Source: Spirochaetia bacterium
Lineage (GTDB): Bacteria > Spirochaetota > Spirochaetia > DSM-2461
NCBI GenBank assembly: GCA_963668315.1
Contig: OY764216.1
Span: 5,440,001 to 5,504,000, forward strand
Reading direction: 5' to 3'
DNA: 64,000 bases
Positions 11,101 to 20,346 of the stretch are shown here, one piece after another; the first letter of the stretch is position 1, and every line of letters begins with the position of its first letter. Below the pieces are notes generated by a model. It made no database searches and was not told the origin of the DNA. It was given only the letters and a program-made list of their open reading frames with translations. A program made the translations under genes and the position numbers.

Positions 11101-12175
11101 CGCCCGGGAGATTCTCTTCGGCCAACGCGATCGTGACGGCTTGTTGCACGGATTGACGAGTCACGAGGCCATCGGCGAGGACGCCGGCCCGGATTCAGGC
11201 ACGGTCGACCAATTGAATGTCCTCTGGACCGTCCTGATCCCCGACGAGCGGCTTCGCGAGCAACTCGTCGACGGCGAGACCTTTCGCAGGCTCCTGATCA
11301 TTCCCGACGGCGCACTTGCCCGATTGCCCTTTGAGACGCTTGTCGTCGATGGTCATCGCGTCGATCCCACCTACCTCCTGGACGCCGGTCCGCCGACCAT
11401 GTACGCTCCTTCGGCCACCGTGTTTCACAACCTCAAGCATCGAGAGGTCTCTGCTTCCAAGGGCGAGACGCTGACTGTCGGCGATCCGAGCTACGGTTCG
11501 ACGGACGAGTCCGGGGATCGCGGAACGGTTCCGGGGGAACTTGAAATTGCCAGCCGCTTCGCCCAGCTTGGACGGCTTGCGGATTTGCCTTGGACCGGTG
11601 ACGAGAGCTGCTGGATCAAGGAATCCTGCGAGGACAAGCATGTGCCGGTGGTCCAGTTCACGAAAGAGAAGGCGACCGAGGAGAACGTTCGCAACAGCAT
11701 TCGAGGCCGGTCGCTGGTCCATTTCGCCTGCCATGGGCTGGCGGACGACGAGTGTGGGAACCTGTTCGGGGCCCTGGCCTTTACACCGGTCGATGCGGGC
11801 AATCCGTCGAACGACGGCTTTCTGACCGTAGCCGAGATGTTCGATCTGGACCTGCACGCCTGCGAGTTGGCGATCCTGAGCGCCTGCGATACGAACATCG
11901 GTCCCAATCAGCGTGGGGAAGGCACGTGGTCGATGTGCCGGGGAATGTTGACATCGGGCGCCCGGCGTGTCGTCACCACCGACTGGCAGGTGGCCGACGA
12001 GGCTTCGGCTCACCTGGTGTATGCATTCGTCTATTACCTTCACGAGTGTGAGTCGGGCGAGCCGGACTACACCGAGTGCCTGCGGGATGCCCGGCTTTCG
12101 ATTCGGAACCATGATAATCGGCAATGGCGGCACCCGTATTTCTGGGCGCCGTTTGTGTTGATGGGACCGGAGTAG
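8135..12175 (+). CDS. Exported TPR-CHAT protease 1
   Basis: Signal peptide; 42-aa TPR array (HPxVAxSLxxLA); CHAT HFACHG, LSACDT, HPYFWAPF. Confidence 0.95.
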   Translation: MSCRFLMNVILALVLAVFADPGRALGDDLDDFLRLSEECKKQSDAGEFDRAEKTALALQRLADGALAELPLARLGAARTLGTIYFRQRRYDEAEPVLKRALAISKEAFGNDEMAVGACLNSLALVYHSQGRYDDAKPLYEQSLAIAEKQLGKTHPSVAAALGSLAELHSEQGRLSDAEPMLERALAINEQTLGKDHPQTALSLHNLAKLHEKQGHFAEAEPLHRRALSILEKALGEDHPYLATSLTSLANMYCAQQRFTEAEPLLKRALTISEAAFGRDNPGVASALNSLALLYQSQGRYDEAKAFHERALAIAKKTFDENHPNVATSLDSLAGLYHKQRRYSEAEPLYKQALAIREKAFGPDHSDVGRSLDNLASLYADLGRYAEAQPLYERALAIKEEALGADHPSVATSLNNLALLLAERANYAEAEQLFDRSIAIQEKCYGSDGLGVLTTLNNRATLCVDQGRYAEAEGLYRRALAIVEENVTNDHPAVVSCLNYLAVLYRLQGRSSEAKELFLRALAIQKKLFGEDSCESAETLGNLAGLYSKQGRYAEAEPLFLRAIAIQEKFLGKEHIQLAMNLENLALLYYNQGRFEDAVLLVKRSLAIREKLFDGTHPSVADSLGSMAVLLSTVNADTEAERLYQRSLELHESVLGPSHPRVAEGLVNLAGLYVKQERFAEAEPLLRRSLKLWEESFGPEHPNVAQSLISLVDLHLKQGRGRDAEPLADRAVAITNREGIAEGERAASYARRAEARWALEKREDAVADLREAMRLATRIRRQASGIEQQRSGAFAMHLHLFERMVFWQTELHDFDKALEAMEQSRAQGLQDLMRANGVDMLEGLPEETASRLNKAEGLAQADVVSLQKRFKTLQDRTDMESDEKAEEGKRLLEELAAARERLVQAWSNIKNASPAYRLLLAEDRQPVRIETMGKELAESDTLALQYLLGSEHGFLLAYGGGIEPILVELKLNDTQASLLNSEAGPLTAIRAREILFGQRDRDGLLHGLTSHEAIGEDAGPDSGTVDQLNVLWTVLIPDERLREQLVDGETFRRLLIIPDGALARLPFETLVVDGHRVDPTYLLDAGPPTMYAPSATVFHNLKHREVSASKGETLTVGDPSYGSTDESGDRGTVPGELEIASRFAQLGRLADLPWTGDESCWIKESCEDKHVPVVQFTKEKATEENVRNSIRGRSLVHFACHGLADDECGNLFGALAFTPVDAGNPSNDGFLTVAEMFDLDLHACELAILSACDTNIGPNQRGEGTWSMCRGMLTSGARRVVTTDWQVADEASAHLVYAFVYYLHECESGEPDYTECLRDARLSIRNHDNRQWRHPYFWAPFVLMGPE

Positions 12176-12216
12176 GCTCTGCTCTGGCATTTATACATTA
12201 CCGGAGGGATGCTACG

Positions 12217-15200
12217 GTGAAAGCGATTTGCGTTGGCACTGCCTTACAAGTGATCGTGTTCTTGAACTTCGTTTCGCCGCTCGCGGGAGCCGAGTGGGAG
12301 ACGTTGAACGAACAGGCGTTGGAGCTGCGTGCGAAGGGCAAGTACGCGAAGGGCCTCGACGTGGCTGACAAGGCTGTCAAGAGTGCGAGAAGAGCATTCG
12401 GCGGCGATAGTCCGGAATACGCGATTTCTGTGAACACGCTTGCCATGCTCCACCTCTCCCAGAAACAGTACGCGCAAGCAGAGAGGCTTTTCAAGGATTG
12501 TCTTTCAGTCTTGGAGAACAGTCTAGGCAGGAGCCACCCGGAGCGAATGAACGTTCTGGTGAATCTGGCAGGTTCCTACGTCGAGCAGCGTCGCTATGAT
12601 GAAGCGGAACCGCTCTACCGGGAGGCGATCGACACATGCATACGGAACAAGCATCCGTTCGCGGAGCAAGCCACATTAGGGCTCGCGTGGCTGCGATTCG
12701 TACGAGGTCAATACGATGAGGCCATACGCGAGTACGAACGGGCCAAAGGCCTTCGTTCGGCTCGGCTTGGACCAGATCATTCTGACGTCAAGGCGATCGA
12801 AATGTCCATTGCGGGAGTGCGTGACAAGGCGAAGAACGCAGAGAAGATGTCGGGTGGAATTGCGGCATACAAACGTTTGGAACGTGAGTATATGCAGTAT
12901 CGTGACCGAGGAGAGTTTGAGAAAGCGCTTGATGTTGCCGCAAAGGTGCAGAAGCTGGCCGAGAACGACTTGAAGAGTCAGCCCGCCTATTTCGGCACTG
13001 CGCTTATGATGCGAGCGATGGCAAACGGTGCTCTTCGTCGTCAGGGAGATGCCTTGAAGCTGTACGAAGAGGCCCAGCCGATTCTGGAAGAATCGCTCGG
13101 ACCGGACCACGGCTACGTCTTGACTTGTGTTGACGCCCGTCTTTCTTACTACATACAGCACGGTCGCGAGGCCGACGCTGTGTCGCTGTGCGATAGGGTG
13201 GTGTCGTTGATTGAGGACGCCTACGGACCAGATGATCAACGATTGGGAAGCCTCCTCTGCCGTCTGGCAGGTCTACACATCCAACAGGATCGGCTTGCCC
13301 AGGCCGAAGAGGTTTACGGGCGTGTGGTGAATCTCTTCGACGAACTGTCTCCAGAAGACCCGCTCATCGTGGCTTCCGCGTTGCGCGGCCTTGCAAGCGT
13401 TGCCAGGCGTCAGTGGCATTTTGATGATGCGGAAGCCCACTTGCGGCGTGCGTCCAGGTTACTGGCCGAGGCGGTTCCCGAACCCAAATGGGATATCGCG
13501 GCCAACACGGAGTCTTTGGGAGCGCTTTTCGCGGAACAAGGGCGTTACACCGAGGCTGACGATTGCTACCAACAGGCCCTGGCGATCATCGAGGAGGTCA
13601 ACGGGCCGGACGACATCCTCATGGCCCCGCCACTTGCCAGGCTTGCAGATACGAACATCCTTCGCGGCCGATATGGGAAAGCTGAGAGCTTCTGCCAGCA
13701 GGCTCTCGCAATCAACCTCAAGGTGCTCGGGCCCAAACATGCAAATACAGCCAAGTGTGTTGGAACATTGGCACAAATTTACGCAGATCAGGGTCTGTAT
13801 GCAGATGCGGAATCGCTCTATCGGCGTTGTCTGCCGGTATTGCAGGCGGAACTGGGACCGCGCCATGCCGACGTGATATCGGCACAAGTGAATCTTACGC
13901 TGCTTTATTGGGCGCAAGGAAGACACGAAAAGGCAGAGGAGATGTTGGGGGAACTACGCGATGTGCCCGACACTTTCGAGACGCATACCGGGTTAATTCA
14001 CGCCATGAGCCTTGTGTCTTCGAGCCAAGGACGCTATGCCGAAGGCACCAAGCACGCGCAGCAGGCACTCACCATGTGCCGAGAGGCGCTGCCACGCGAA
14101 CACCCGCGCGTGGCAACAAACCTTCAGACCTTGGGTATGATCCTTCAGCGTCAGGGGCGATATGTCGAAGCTGAACGGTTTGTACGCGAAGCTCTGGAAA
14201 TCCAAGAGGGTGTCTTTGGGAGGGGCAACCATATGATTGCCGCAGAACTCGTAAACCTGTCGCTCGTTCTCACTGGTTTGCAGCGTTACGACGAGGCGGA
14301 ATCGCTGTTGGATCGCGCCGTGAGATTCGTCGATGAAAGTGACTCTATGAGCGCCGATGTCGCGGCCTACGTGCTCAAGAGTCGTGCGCACTTGTACTGG
14401 AAGACGGGACGACAAAAGAAGGCAGTCACTGATCTGCGGCGAGGTATTCAGTTCATCTTCCAGATGCGAGGACAGGCATCGGGATCAGAACAGGAGCGTG
14501 CGACGACTTTCTCAAGATCGGCTAGTGCATTTGAGACGATGCTTTCATGGCAAACTCAGCTTCAAAACCTGCCGGAAGCGTTTGCAGCGATTGAGGGTTT
14601 CCGCGCACAAGGCCTCCAGGACTTGATGCAATCCAACGGCACGGACCTCCTCGAAGGTCTGCCCGACGAGACGGCGGCGAGTCTGCGCCTGGCCGAACTG
14701 GATGCGCAGGCCGAGGTGGCATCGCTGCAGAAGCAACTCGAAGTCCTGCAAATCCGCGCCGACATGGACTCTGAAGACAAGGTGCGGGAAGGAAAGCGGC
14801 TGATTGAGGCTCTTGGGGAGGCGCGCCAGGGTCTCGTGCAGGCCTGGGCGGATATCAAGAACGCCAGCCCCGCCTACCGGATGGTCGTGACGGAGGATCG
14901 AGAACCGGTGCGGTTCGAGGCGTTCCAGCAGGAACTTGGAAACTCCGATACGGTTGCACTGCAATACTTGCTCGGTGGAGAAAACGGTTTTCTGCTTGCC
15001 TACGGCGGCGGAATCGAACCGGCACTGATCACGTTGGAGATCACTGACACTCAGTCCGAGGTGTACGGCTGCGATGCCGGGCCGCTGACGGCTGCTCGCT
15101 TTCGGCAGGTTCTTCTGGGCAGCAAGGATCGGCCGGGACTTCTCCGTGACTTGACGAACTTTGGGGAGGTGAGTGATGAAGGTGTGCCGTCGAAGGATGC

Positions 15201-16173
15201 CCTTGACGCGTTAAGAACGATGTGGGCTGTTCTCGTGCCCGATGAGACGCTGCGTGAGAAGCTCGTGGATGGTAAGAGCCTCAAACGCCTGTTGATTCTT
15301 CCGGACGGCGTCCTTGCCCGATTGCCTTTCGAAGCCCTGGTCGTGAACGACGATCCGCAAGCTCCGGAGTATCTTCTCGACAACGGTCCGCCGACCATGT
15401 ACGCTCCTTCGGCCACCGTGTTTCACAACCTCAAGCATCGAGAGGTGTCTGATTCCAAGGGCGAGACGCTGACCGTGGGCGATCCGAGCTACGGTTCGAC
15501 GGACGAGTCCGGGGATCGTGGAACGGTTCTGGAGGAACTTCAGATTGCCAGTCGCTTCGCCCATCTTGGACGGCTTGCCGACCTGCCTTGGACCGGTGAC
15601 GAGAGCTGCTGGATCAAGGAATCCTGCGAGGACAAGCATCTGCCGGTGGTCCAGTTGACAAAAGAGAAGGCGACCGAGGAGAACGTTCGCAATAACGTTC
15701 GAGGCCGTTCGCTGGTTCACTTCGCCTGCCATGGTCTGGCGGACAACGAGTATGGGAACCTGTTCGGGGCCCTGGCCTTGGCGCCGGTCGATGCAGGTGA
15801 TCCGTCGAACGACGGCTTCCTGACCGTGGCCGAGATGTTCGATCTGGACCTGCACGCCTGCGAGCTGGCGATCCTGAGCGCCTGCGACACGAACATCGGC
15901 CCCAATCAGCGTGGGGAAGGCACATGGTCGATGTGCCGCGGCATGCTCACATCGGGAGCCCGGCGTGTGGTCACCACCGACTGGCAGGTGGCCGACGAGG
16001 CTTCGGCTCACCTGGTGTATGCATTTGTCTATTACCTGCACGACTCCGAATCGGACGGACGTGACTACGCCGAATGTCTGCGTAACGCCCGGCTTTCGAT
16101 TCGGAACCACGACACTCGCCAGTGGCGGCACCCGTATTTCTGGGCGCCGTTTGTGTTGATGGGACCGGAGTAG
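12217..16173 (+). CDS. Exported TPR-CHAT protease 2
   Basis: GTG start after GGAGGG; signal peptide ending AGA; TPRs; intact His/Cys CHAT motifs. Confidence 0.95.
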   Translation: MKAICVGTALQVIVFLNFVSPLAGAEWETLNEQALELRAKGKYAKGLDVADKAVKSARRAFGGDSPEYAISVNTLAMLHLSQKQYAQAERLFKDCLSVLENSLGRSHPERMNVLVNLAGSYVEQRRYDEAEPLYREAIDTCIRNKHPFAEQATLGLAWLRFVRGQYDEAIREYERAKGLRSARLGPDHSDVKAIEMSIAGVRDKAKNAEKMSGGIAAYKRLEREYMQYRDRGEFEKALDVAAKVQKLAENDLKSQPAYFGTALMMRAMANGALRRQGDALKLYEEAQPILEESLGPDHGYVLTCVDARLSYYIQHGREADAVSLCDRVVSLIEDAYGPDDQRLGSLLCRLAGLHIQQDRLAQAEEVYGRVVNLFDELSPEDPLIVASALRGLASVARRQWHFDDAEAHLRRASRLLAEAVPEPKWDIAANTESLGALFAEQGRYTEADDCYQQALAIIEEVNGPDDILMAPPLARLADTNILRGRYGKAESFCQQALAINLKVLGPKHANTAKCVGTLAQIYADQGLYADAESLYRRCLPVLQAELGPRHADVISAQVNLTLLYWAQGRHEKAEEMLGELRDVPDTFETHTGLIHAMSLVSSSQGRYAEGTKHAQQALTMCREALPREHPRVATNLQTLGMILQRQGRYVEAERFVREALEIQEGVFGRGNHMIAAELVNLSLVLTGLQRYDEAESLLDRAVRFVDESDSMSADVAAYVLKSRAHLYWKTGRQKKAVTDLRRGIQFIFQMRGQASGSEQERATTFSRSASAFETMLSWQTQLQNLPEAFAAIEGFRAQGLQDLMQSNGTDLLEGLPDETAASLRLAELDAQAEVASLQKQLEVLQIRADMDSEDKVREGKRLIEALGEARQGLVQAWADIKNASPAYRMVVTEDREPVRFEAFQQELGNSDTVALQYLLGGENGFLLAYGGGIEPALITLEITDTQSEVYGCDAGPLTAARFRQVLLGSKDRPGLLRDLTNFGEVSDEGVPSKDALDALRTMWAVLVPDETLREKLVDGKSLKRLLILPDGVLARLPFEALVVNDDPQAPEYLLDNGPPTMYAPSATVFHNLKHREVSDSKGETLTVGDPSYGSTDESGDRGTVLEELQIASRFAHLGRLADLPWTGDESCWIKESCEDKHLPVVQLTKEKATEENVRNNVRGRSLVHFACHGLADNEYGNLFGALALAPVDAGDPSNDGFLTVAEMFDLDLHACELAILSACDTNIGPNQRGEGTWSMCRGMLTSGARRVVTTDWQVADEASAHLVYAFVYYLHDSESDGRDYAECLRNARLSIRNHDTRQWRHPYFWAPFVLMGPE
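14836..16173 (+). repeat. Near-identical CHAT-coding repeat; partner 22645-23982, shorter partners about 11387-12175 and about 19940-20312
   Basis: Direct comparison: same length (1338 nt) as the partner and few substitutions. Confidence 0.9.
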
Positions 16174-16244
16174 GGCTCCTGCCGCGACTATTGCGTTCCA
16201 GACCATTCGCTCACGGAAATCCGATAACAAGAAGGAAGGCCACA

Positions 16245-19200
16245 GTGTTGTACAAATACCGTTCGCGATGTTTGGCATCGATTGGGATGTTGCTCCTGCT
16301 TCTGTGCCAAGACCGTAGTGCTCGCGGCGATGACCTCAAGGAATGGAATCGCCTTTTCGCGCTTTGTGTGAAACAGACCGCAACGGGGCGCTTTGACGAG
16401 GCAGAGCGGAGCGTTTTCAAGCTCAAGGAGATTGCCGAAGGGCCGTTTTCCGACGAGCCGGCATGCATGGGGCATGTCCTCAGCCTTCGTGGCAATATCA
16501 ATCTCTGCCGTGGTGACTATGCAACAGCCGAGTCGTTTTTTGCACGCTCTTTGGAGATCTTTTCGTCTTCGCTCGGGAAGAGTCACCCGAATGTAGCCCT
16601 GGCGCACATGAATCTTGGAGTGACTTATCGCAAGCAGGGCAAGGAAACGGCGGCAGGACGCTCCTACGAACGTGCCCTGGCAATTCAGGAAGAGCTTATC
16701 AAGGAAGACGCAAGCGCAGAGAGCATCGAGCGGTCGGGCATTATTGACACACTGTCAAATCTGGGAGTGCTTCGCCAGTTGCAGGGGCGCGACGCCGAGG
16801 CGGTACGAGTTCTCGAACGTGCGCTGACCTACAGCAGCGAATGCGGAAACGAAACGTCGTCAGCAGAAGCGGGGGCACACAGCAACCTTGGGGGACTCCT
16901 CAACAAACTGGAACGCTATTCGGAGGCCATTGCCCATTTTGAGCAGGCCCTTGCCATTCGCAAGAAGATCCATGGCCAGGAGAACATCGACTATGCCCTG
17001 ACCCTGAACAACCTTGCGGCGGCCCATTTCTATCAAGAGCAGTACGACAAGGCGGAGCCGCTGTACCTTCAGGCACTGACCATTTGCGACAAACTGCCGC
17101 CGACGCCCGAGTCGGAGAGGATCACCACGACCTGGTCCGACAAACTCGCATCGATCTGCGAAGCGCAAGGCCGCTTTGCCGACGCGGAATCGCTCCACCG
17201 GCGTTTGCTGGCTCATTACGAGCGAGCCGACAAGCGTGACAACACGGCCGTTGCCATGAGCTTGAACAACGTCGGGTACTGCTGTTACATGCAGGCAGAG
17301 TACGACGACGCCGAGCAGATGTACAAACGCGCCCTGGCCCTTCGTGAGCGGATACACGGGAAAGACCATCCGGAAGTCGCAACCGTCGTCGGAAATCTCG
17401 GAACACTCTATTCGGCGCAGGGACGACTGGCCGACGCCGAGGAGTTCCACAAGCGGGCCCTACGCATCCAAGAAGACACGCTGCCCCGAAACGACCCTCG
17501 GATCGCCCTAAGCCTGAACAACCTGGCTGATGTCTATCGCATCCTGGCGCAGTACAGGAAAGCGGAACCGCTCTATGAGCGGGCACGCTCGATCTTCGAG
17601 CGATCGCCCGGAAGAAACAGCTTCGAATACGCCATGGCTCTGAACAATCTCGGCGTCCTCCATTCCGAAGTTGGGAACTATGCAACGGCGGCCGACTTTC
17701 ATCAGCAAGCCTTGAAGATCCGAGAGAAGCTTCAGGGAGCATCTCACCCGGATGTCGCGTTGAGTTCGCATAACCTGGCCACCGTGTATCTGGACGAGGG
17801 ACGTGACCTCGAGGCGAAGAAGCTCTTTGAACGCGCCCTGAAGATCTATCGGGACGCCGGACAAGGCGCACATCCGAATATCGCCCCCGTTCTCGATCTC
17901 CTGGGGAACGTCTACGTACATTTGGGACAATATGCCGATGCCGAAGCGCTTCTTCGGGAAGCGTTTGTGATCCGCCAGAGTGCGTTGGACCCCGGCCATA
18001 TCCAAGTGGCCACAAGCTACAACAATCTAGCCACAATCGCCACTCTGAGTGGCCGTTACGAGGACGCGTGCGCCCTGTCGGAGAAAGCTCTGGCAATCCA
18101 AGAGGATGTTCTCGGCGGCGATCACCCGGAAATCGCACGGACCCTGAATGCAATTGGCGGGACACATTTCGCCCGTGGCAGCTTTGCCGAGGCCGAGCCC
18201 TATCTTACGCGAGCCCTTTCGATTCGGGAGAAGGCCGGCTCCGATGAGCAGATCGCAGAAAGCCTCAATAATCTGGGAACGCTTCATGGTGACCTGGGGC
18301 ATTTCGAGGATGCGATTCGATTGCATGAACGAGCATTGAGTATTCGCAGAAACGCCGGCGGAGGTGCGTCCGAGTATGTTGGCCAGAGCCTGGTGAATCT
18401 CGCCATCGTGTATCGCGATCAGAAACAGTATGCCGCGGCAGAGCCGCTCATCGACGAAGCGATAACACTCTTCGATGACTTCCAGGCGAAGAGTGGCTGG
18501 AAGAACACCGCTCATCTGGTGCGTTCGGATATTCGGATGCGGCAGGGACGCCCGGACGCGGCATTGGCCGATATCCGAACCGCTATGCAACAGGCCAACG
18601 AGGTGCGGAAACAGATGCCCGGCGTCGCTCACCAGCGAGCGACCGCCTTCGGCCAGTTCGCCAGTGCATTCGAGAAAATGGTGGAATTCCAGACGGACGT
18701 GGAGGATTTGCCACAAGCCTTTGCCGCGATCGAGAGCTTCCGTGCCCAAAGCCTCCAGGATTTGATGCACTCCGCCGGCGTCGCTCTTCTCGAGGGTGTG
18801 CCCGAAGACAATGCGACTCGCTTGCTTCGAGCCGAATCTGATGCCAAAGCGGAAGTGGCGGCACTGCAGAAGCAACTTGACGTGATGCGTATCCGCTCCG
18901 ACATGGACGATGGAGAGAAGGTCCAGGAGACGAGACGACTTGCCCAGGCCTTGGAAGAGGCCCACGGGCGTCTTGTGCAGGCCTGGGCCGATATCAAGAA
19001 TGCCAGCCCGGCCTACCGGATGATTGTGACGGAAGACCGAGAACCGGTGAAGTTGGAGGTCTTCCAGGAAGAACTGAGCGGATCCGGCACCCTCGCTTTG
19101 CAGTACATGCTCGGCCAAGACAACGGTTTCCTCCTTGCCTACGGCGGCGGAATCGAACCGGTGCTCAGCAAATTGGACGTCAAGGAAGCCCAAGCCACGA

Positions 19201-20312
19201 CGCTCGGCTGCAAAGCAGGCCCACTCACTGCGGCCCAAGTTCGGCAGATTCTATTGGGCAACGACGACCGCCCCGGACTCCTCCAAGAGCTGACAAATCG
19301 GAATCAGATTGAGGACGACGGCCTTCCGTCAGAAGAGATAATCAAGCAACTCAACACGCTCTGGACGGTCCTTGTTCCTGACGAAACGCTCCGGGAGAAA
19401 CTGGCTGACGGTGAGGCCCTTCAACGTCTGTTGATTTTGCCGGACGGGATTCTGGCTCGGCTGCCCTTCGAAGCTCTGGTCGTCAACGACGATCCCGTTA
19501 ACCCGGAATACCTGATCGACAACGGGCCGGCGACCATGTATGCTCCCTCGGCCACAGTCTTCTACAACCTCAAGCATCGCAAGCTTGCCTCTTCGGAGGG
19601 CGAGACCCTCACCGTGGGCAACCCGCGATATGGAGGCGACGGCGAACCGGGCGATCGTGGAGACGTTCTCGACGAGTTGAAGACGGCTAGCCGGTTTGCC
19701 CATCTGGGTACGCTTGCCGAACTGCCGTGGACTGGGGATGAAAGCCGTTGGATCAAGGAGTCATGCGACGCCAAGGGCTTGCCGGTTGTCCAACTGACTC
19801 AGGAATCGGCCACCGAGGCCAAAGTCCGCCAAAACGTGGCCGGCCGATCACTCGTCCATCTCGCCAGCCACGGCATGGCCGATGGTTCGCACGGCAACCT
19901 GTTCGGTGCATTGGCACTCACCCCCGTCGATGCCGGAGACACCTCGAACGACGGATTCCTGACCGTAGCCGAGATGTTCGATCTGGACCTGCACGCCTGC
20001 GAGCTGGCGATCCTGAGTGCCTGCGACACGAACATCGGCCCCAATCAGCGTGGGGAAGGCACGTGGTCGATGTGCCGGGGAATGTTGACATCGGGCGCGC
20101 GGCGTGTGGTCACCACCGACTGGCAGGTGGCCGACGAGGCTTCGGCTCACCTGGTGTATGCATTCGTCTATTACCTGCACGATTCCGAATCGCAGGCACG
20201 CGACCACGCCGAATGTCTGCGTAACGCCCGGCTTTCGATTCGGAACCATGACACTCGCCAATGGCGGCACCCGTATTTCTGGGCGCCGTTCGTGTTGACG
20301 GGACCGGAGTAG
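16245..20312 (+). CDS. Exported TPR-CHAT protease 3
   Basis: GTG start after GAAGGAAGG; signal peptide; TPRs; HLASHG and LSACDT. Confidence 0.95.
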   Translation: MLYKYRSRCLASIGMLLLLLCQDRSARGDDLKEWNRLFALCVKQTATGRFDEAERSVFKLKEIAEGPFSDEPACMGHVLSLRGNINLCRGDYATAESFFARSLEIFSSSLGKSHPNVALAHMNLGVTYRKQGKETAAGRSYERALAIQEELIKEDASAESIERSGIIDTLSNLGVLRQLQGRDAEAVRVLERALTYSSECGNETSSAEAGAHSNLGGLLNKLERYSEAIAHFEQALAIRKKIHGQENIDYALTLNNLAAAHFYQEQYDKAEPLYLQALTICDKLPPTPESERITTTWSDKLASICEAQGRFADAESLHRRLLAHYERADKRDNTAVAMSLNNVGYCCYMQAEYDDAEQMYKRALALRERIHGKDHPEVATVVGNLGTLYSAQGRLADAEEFHKRALRIQEDTLPRNDPRIALSLNNLADVYRILAQYRKAEPLYERARSIFERSPGRNSFEYAMALNNLGVLHSEVGNYATAADFHQQALKIREKLQGASHPDVALSSHNLATVYLDEGRDLEAKKLFERALKIYRDAGQGAHPNIAPVLDLLGNVYVHLGQYADAEALLREAFVIRQSALDPGHIQVATSYNNLATIATLSGRYEDACALSEKALAIQEDVLGGDHPEIARTLNAIGGTHFARGSFAEAEPYLTRALSIREKAGSDEQIAESLNNLGTLHGDLGHFEDAIRLHERALSIRRNAGGGASEYVGQSLVNLAIVYRDQKQYAAAEPLIDEAITLFDDFQAKSGWKNTAHLVRSDIRMRQGRPDAALADIRTAMQQANEVRKQMPGVAHQRATAFGQFASAFEKMVEFQTDVEDLPQAFAAIESFRAQSLQDLMHSAGVALLEGVPEDNATRLLRAESDAKAEVAALQKQLDVMRIRSDMDDGEKVQETRRLAQALEEAHGRLVQAWADIKNASPAYRMIVTEDREPVKLEVFQEELSGSGTLALQYMLGQDNGFLLAYGGGIEPVLSKLDVKEAQATTLGCKAGPLTAAQVRQILLGNDDRPGLLQELTNRNQIEDDGLPSEEIIKQLNTLWTVLVPDETLREKLADGEALQRLLILPDGILARLPFEALVVNDDPVNPEYLIDNGPATMYAPSATVFYNLKHRKLASSEGETLTVGNPRYGGDGEPGDRGDVLDELKTASRFAHLGTLAELPWTGDESRWIKESCDAKGLPVVQLTQESATEAKVRQNVAGRSLVHLASHGMADGSHGNLFGALALTPVDAGDTSNDGFLTVAEMFDLDLHACELAILSACDTNIGPNQRGEGTWSMCRGMLTSGARRVVTTDWQVADEASAHLVYAFVYYLHDSESQARDHAECLRNARLSIRNHDTRQWRHPYFWAPFVLTGPE

Positions 20313-20346
20313 TGGTCACAAGACTCATCTCGACTCGGAGAGCACC

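Noticed and set aside
12124..12216. ORF-track N-termini MAAPVFLGAVCVDGTG for CHAT 2 and CHAT 3
   Set aside because: Off-frame read of the previous gene's conserved tail; GTG starts at 12217 and 16245 have an RBS and a signal peptide
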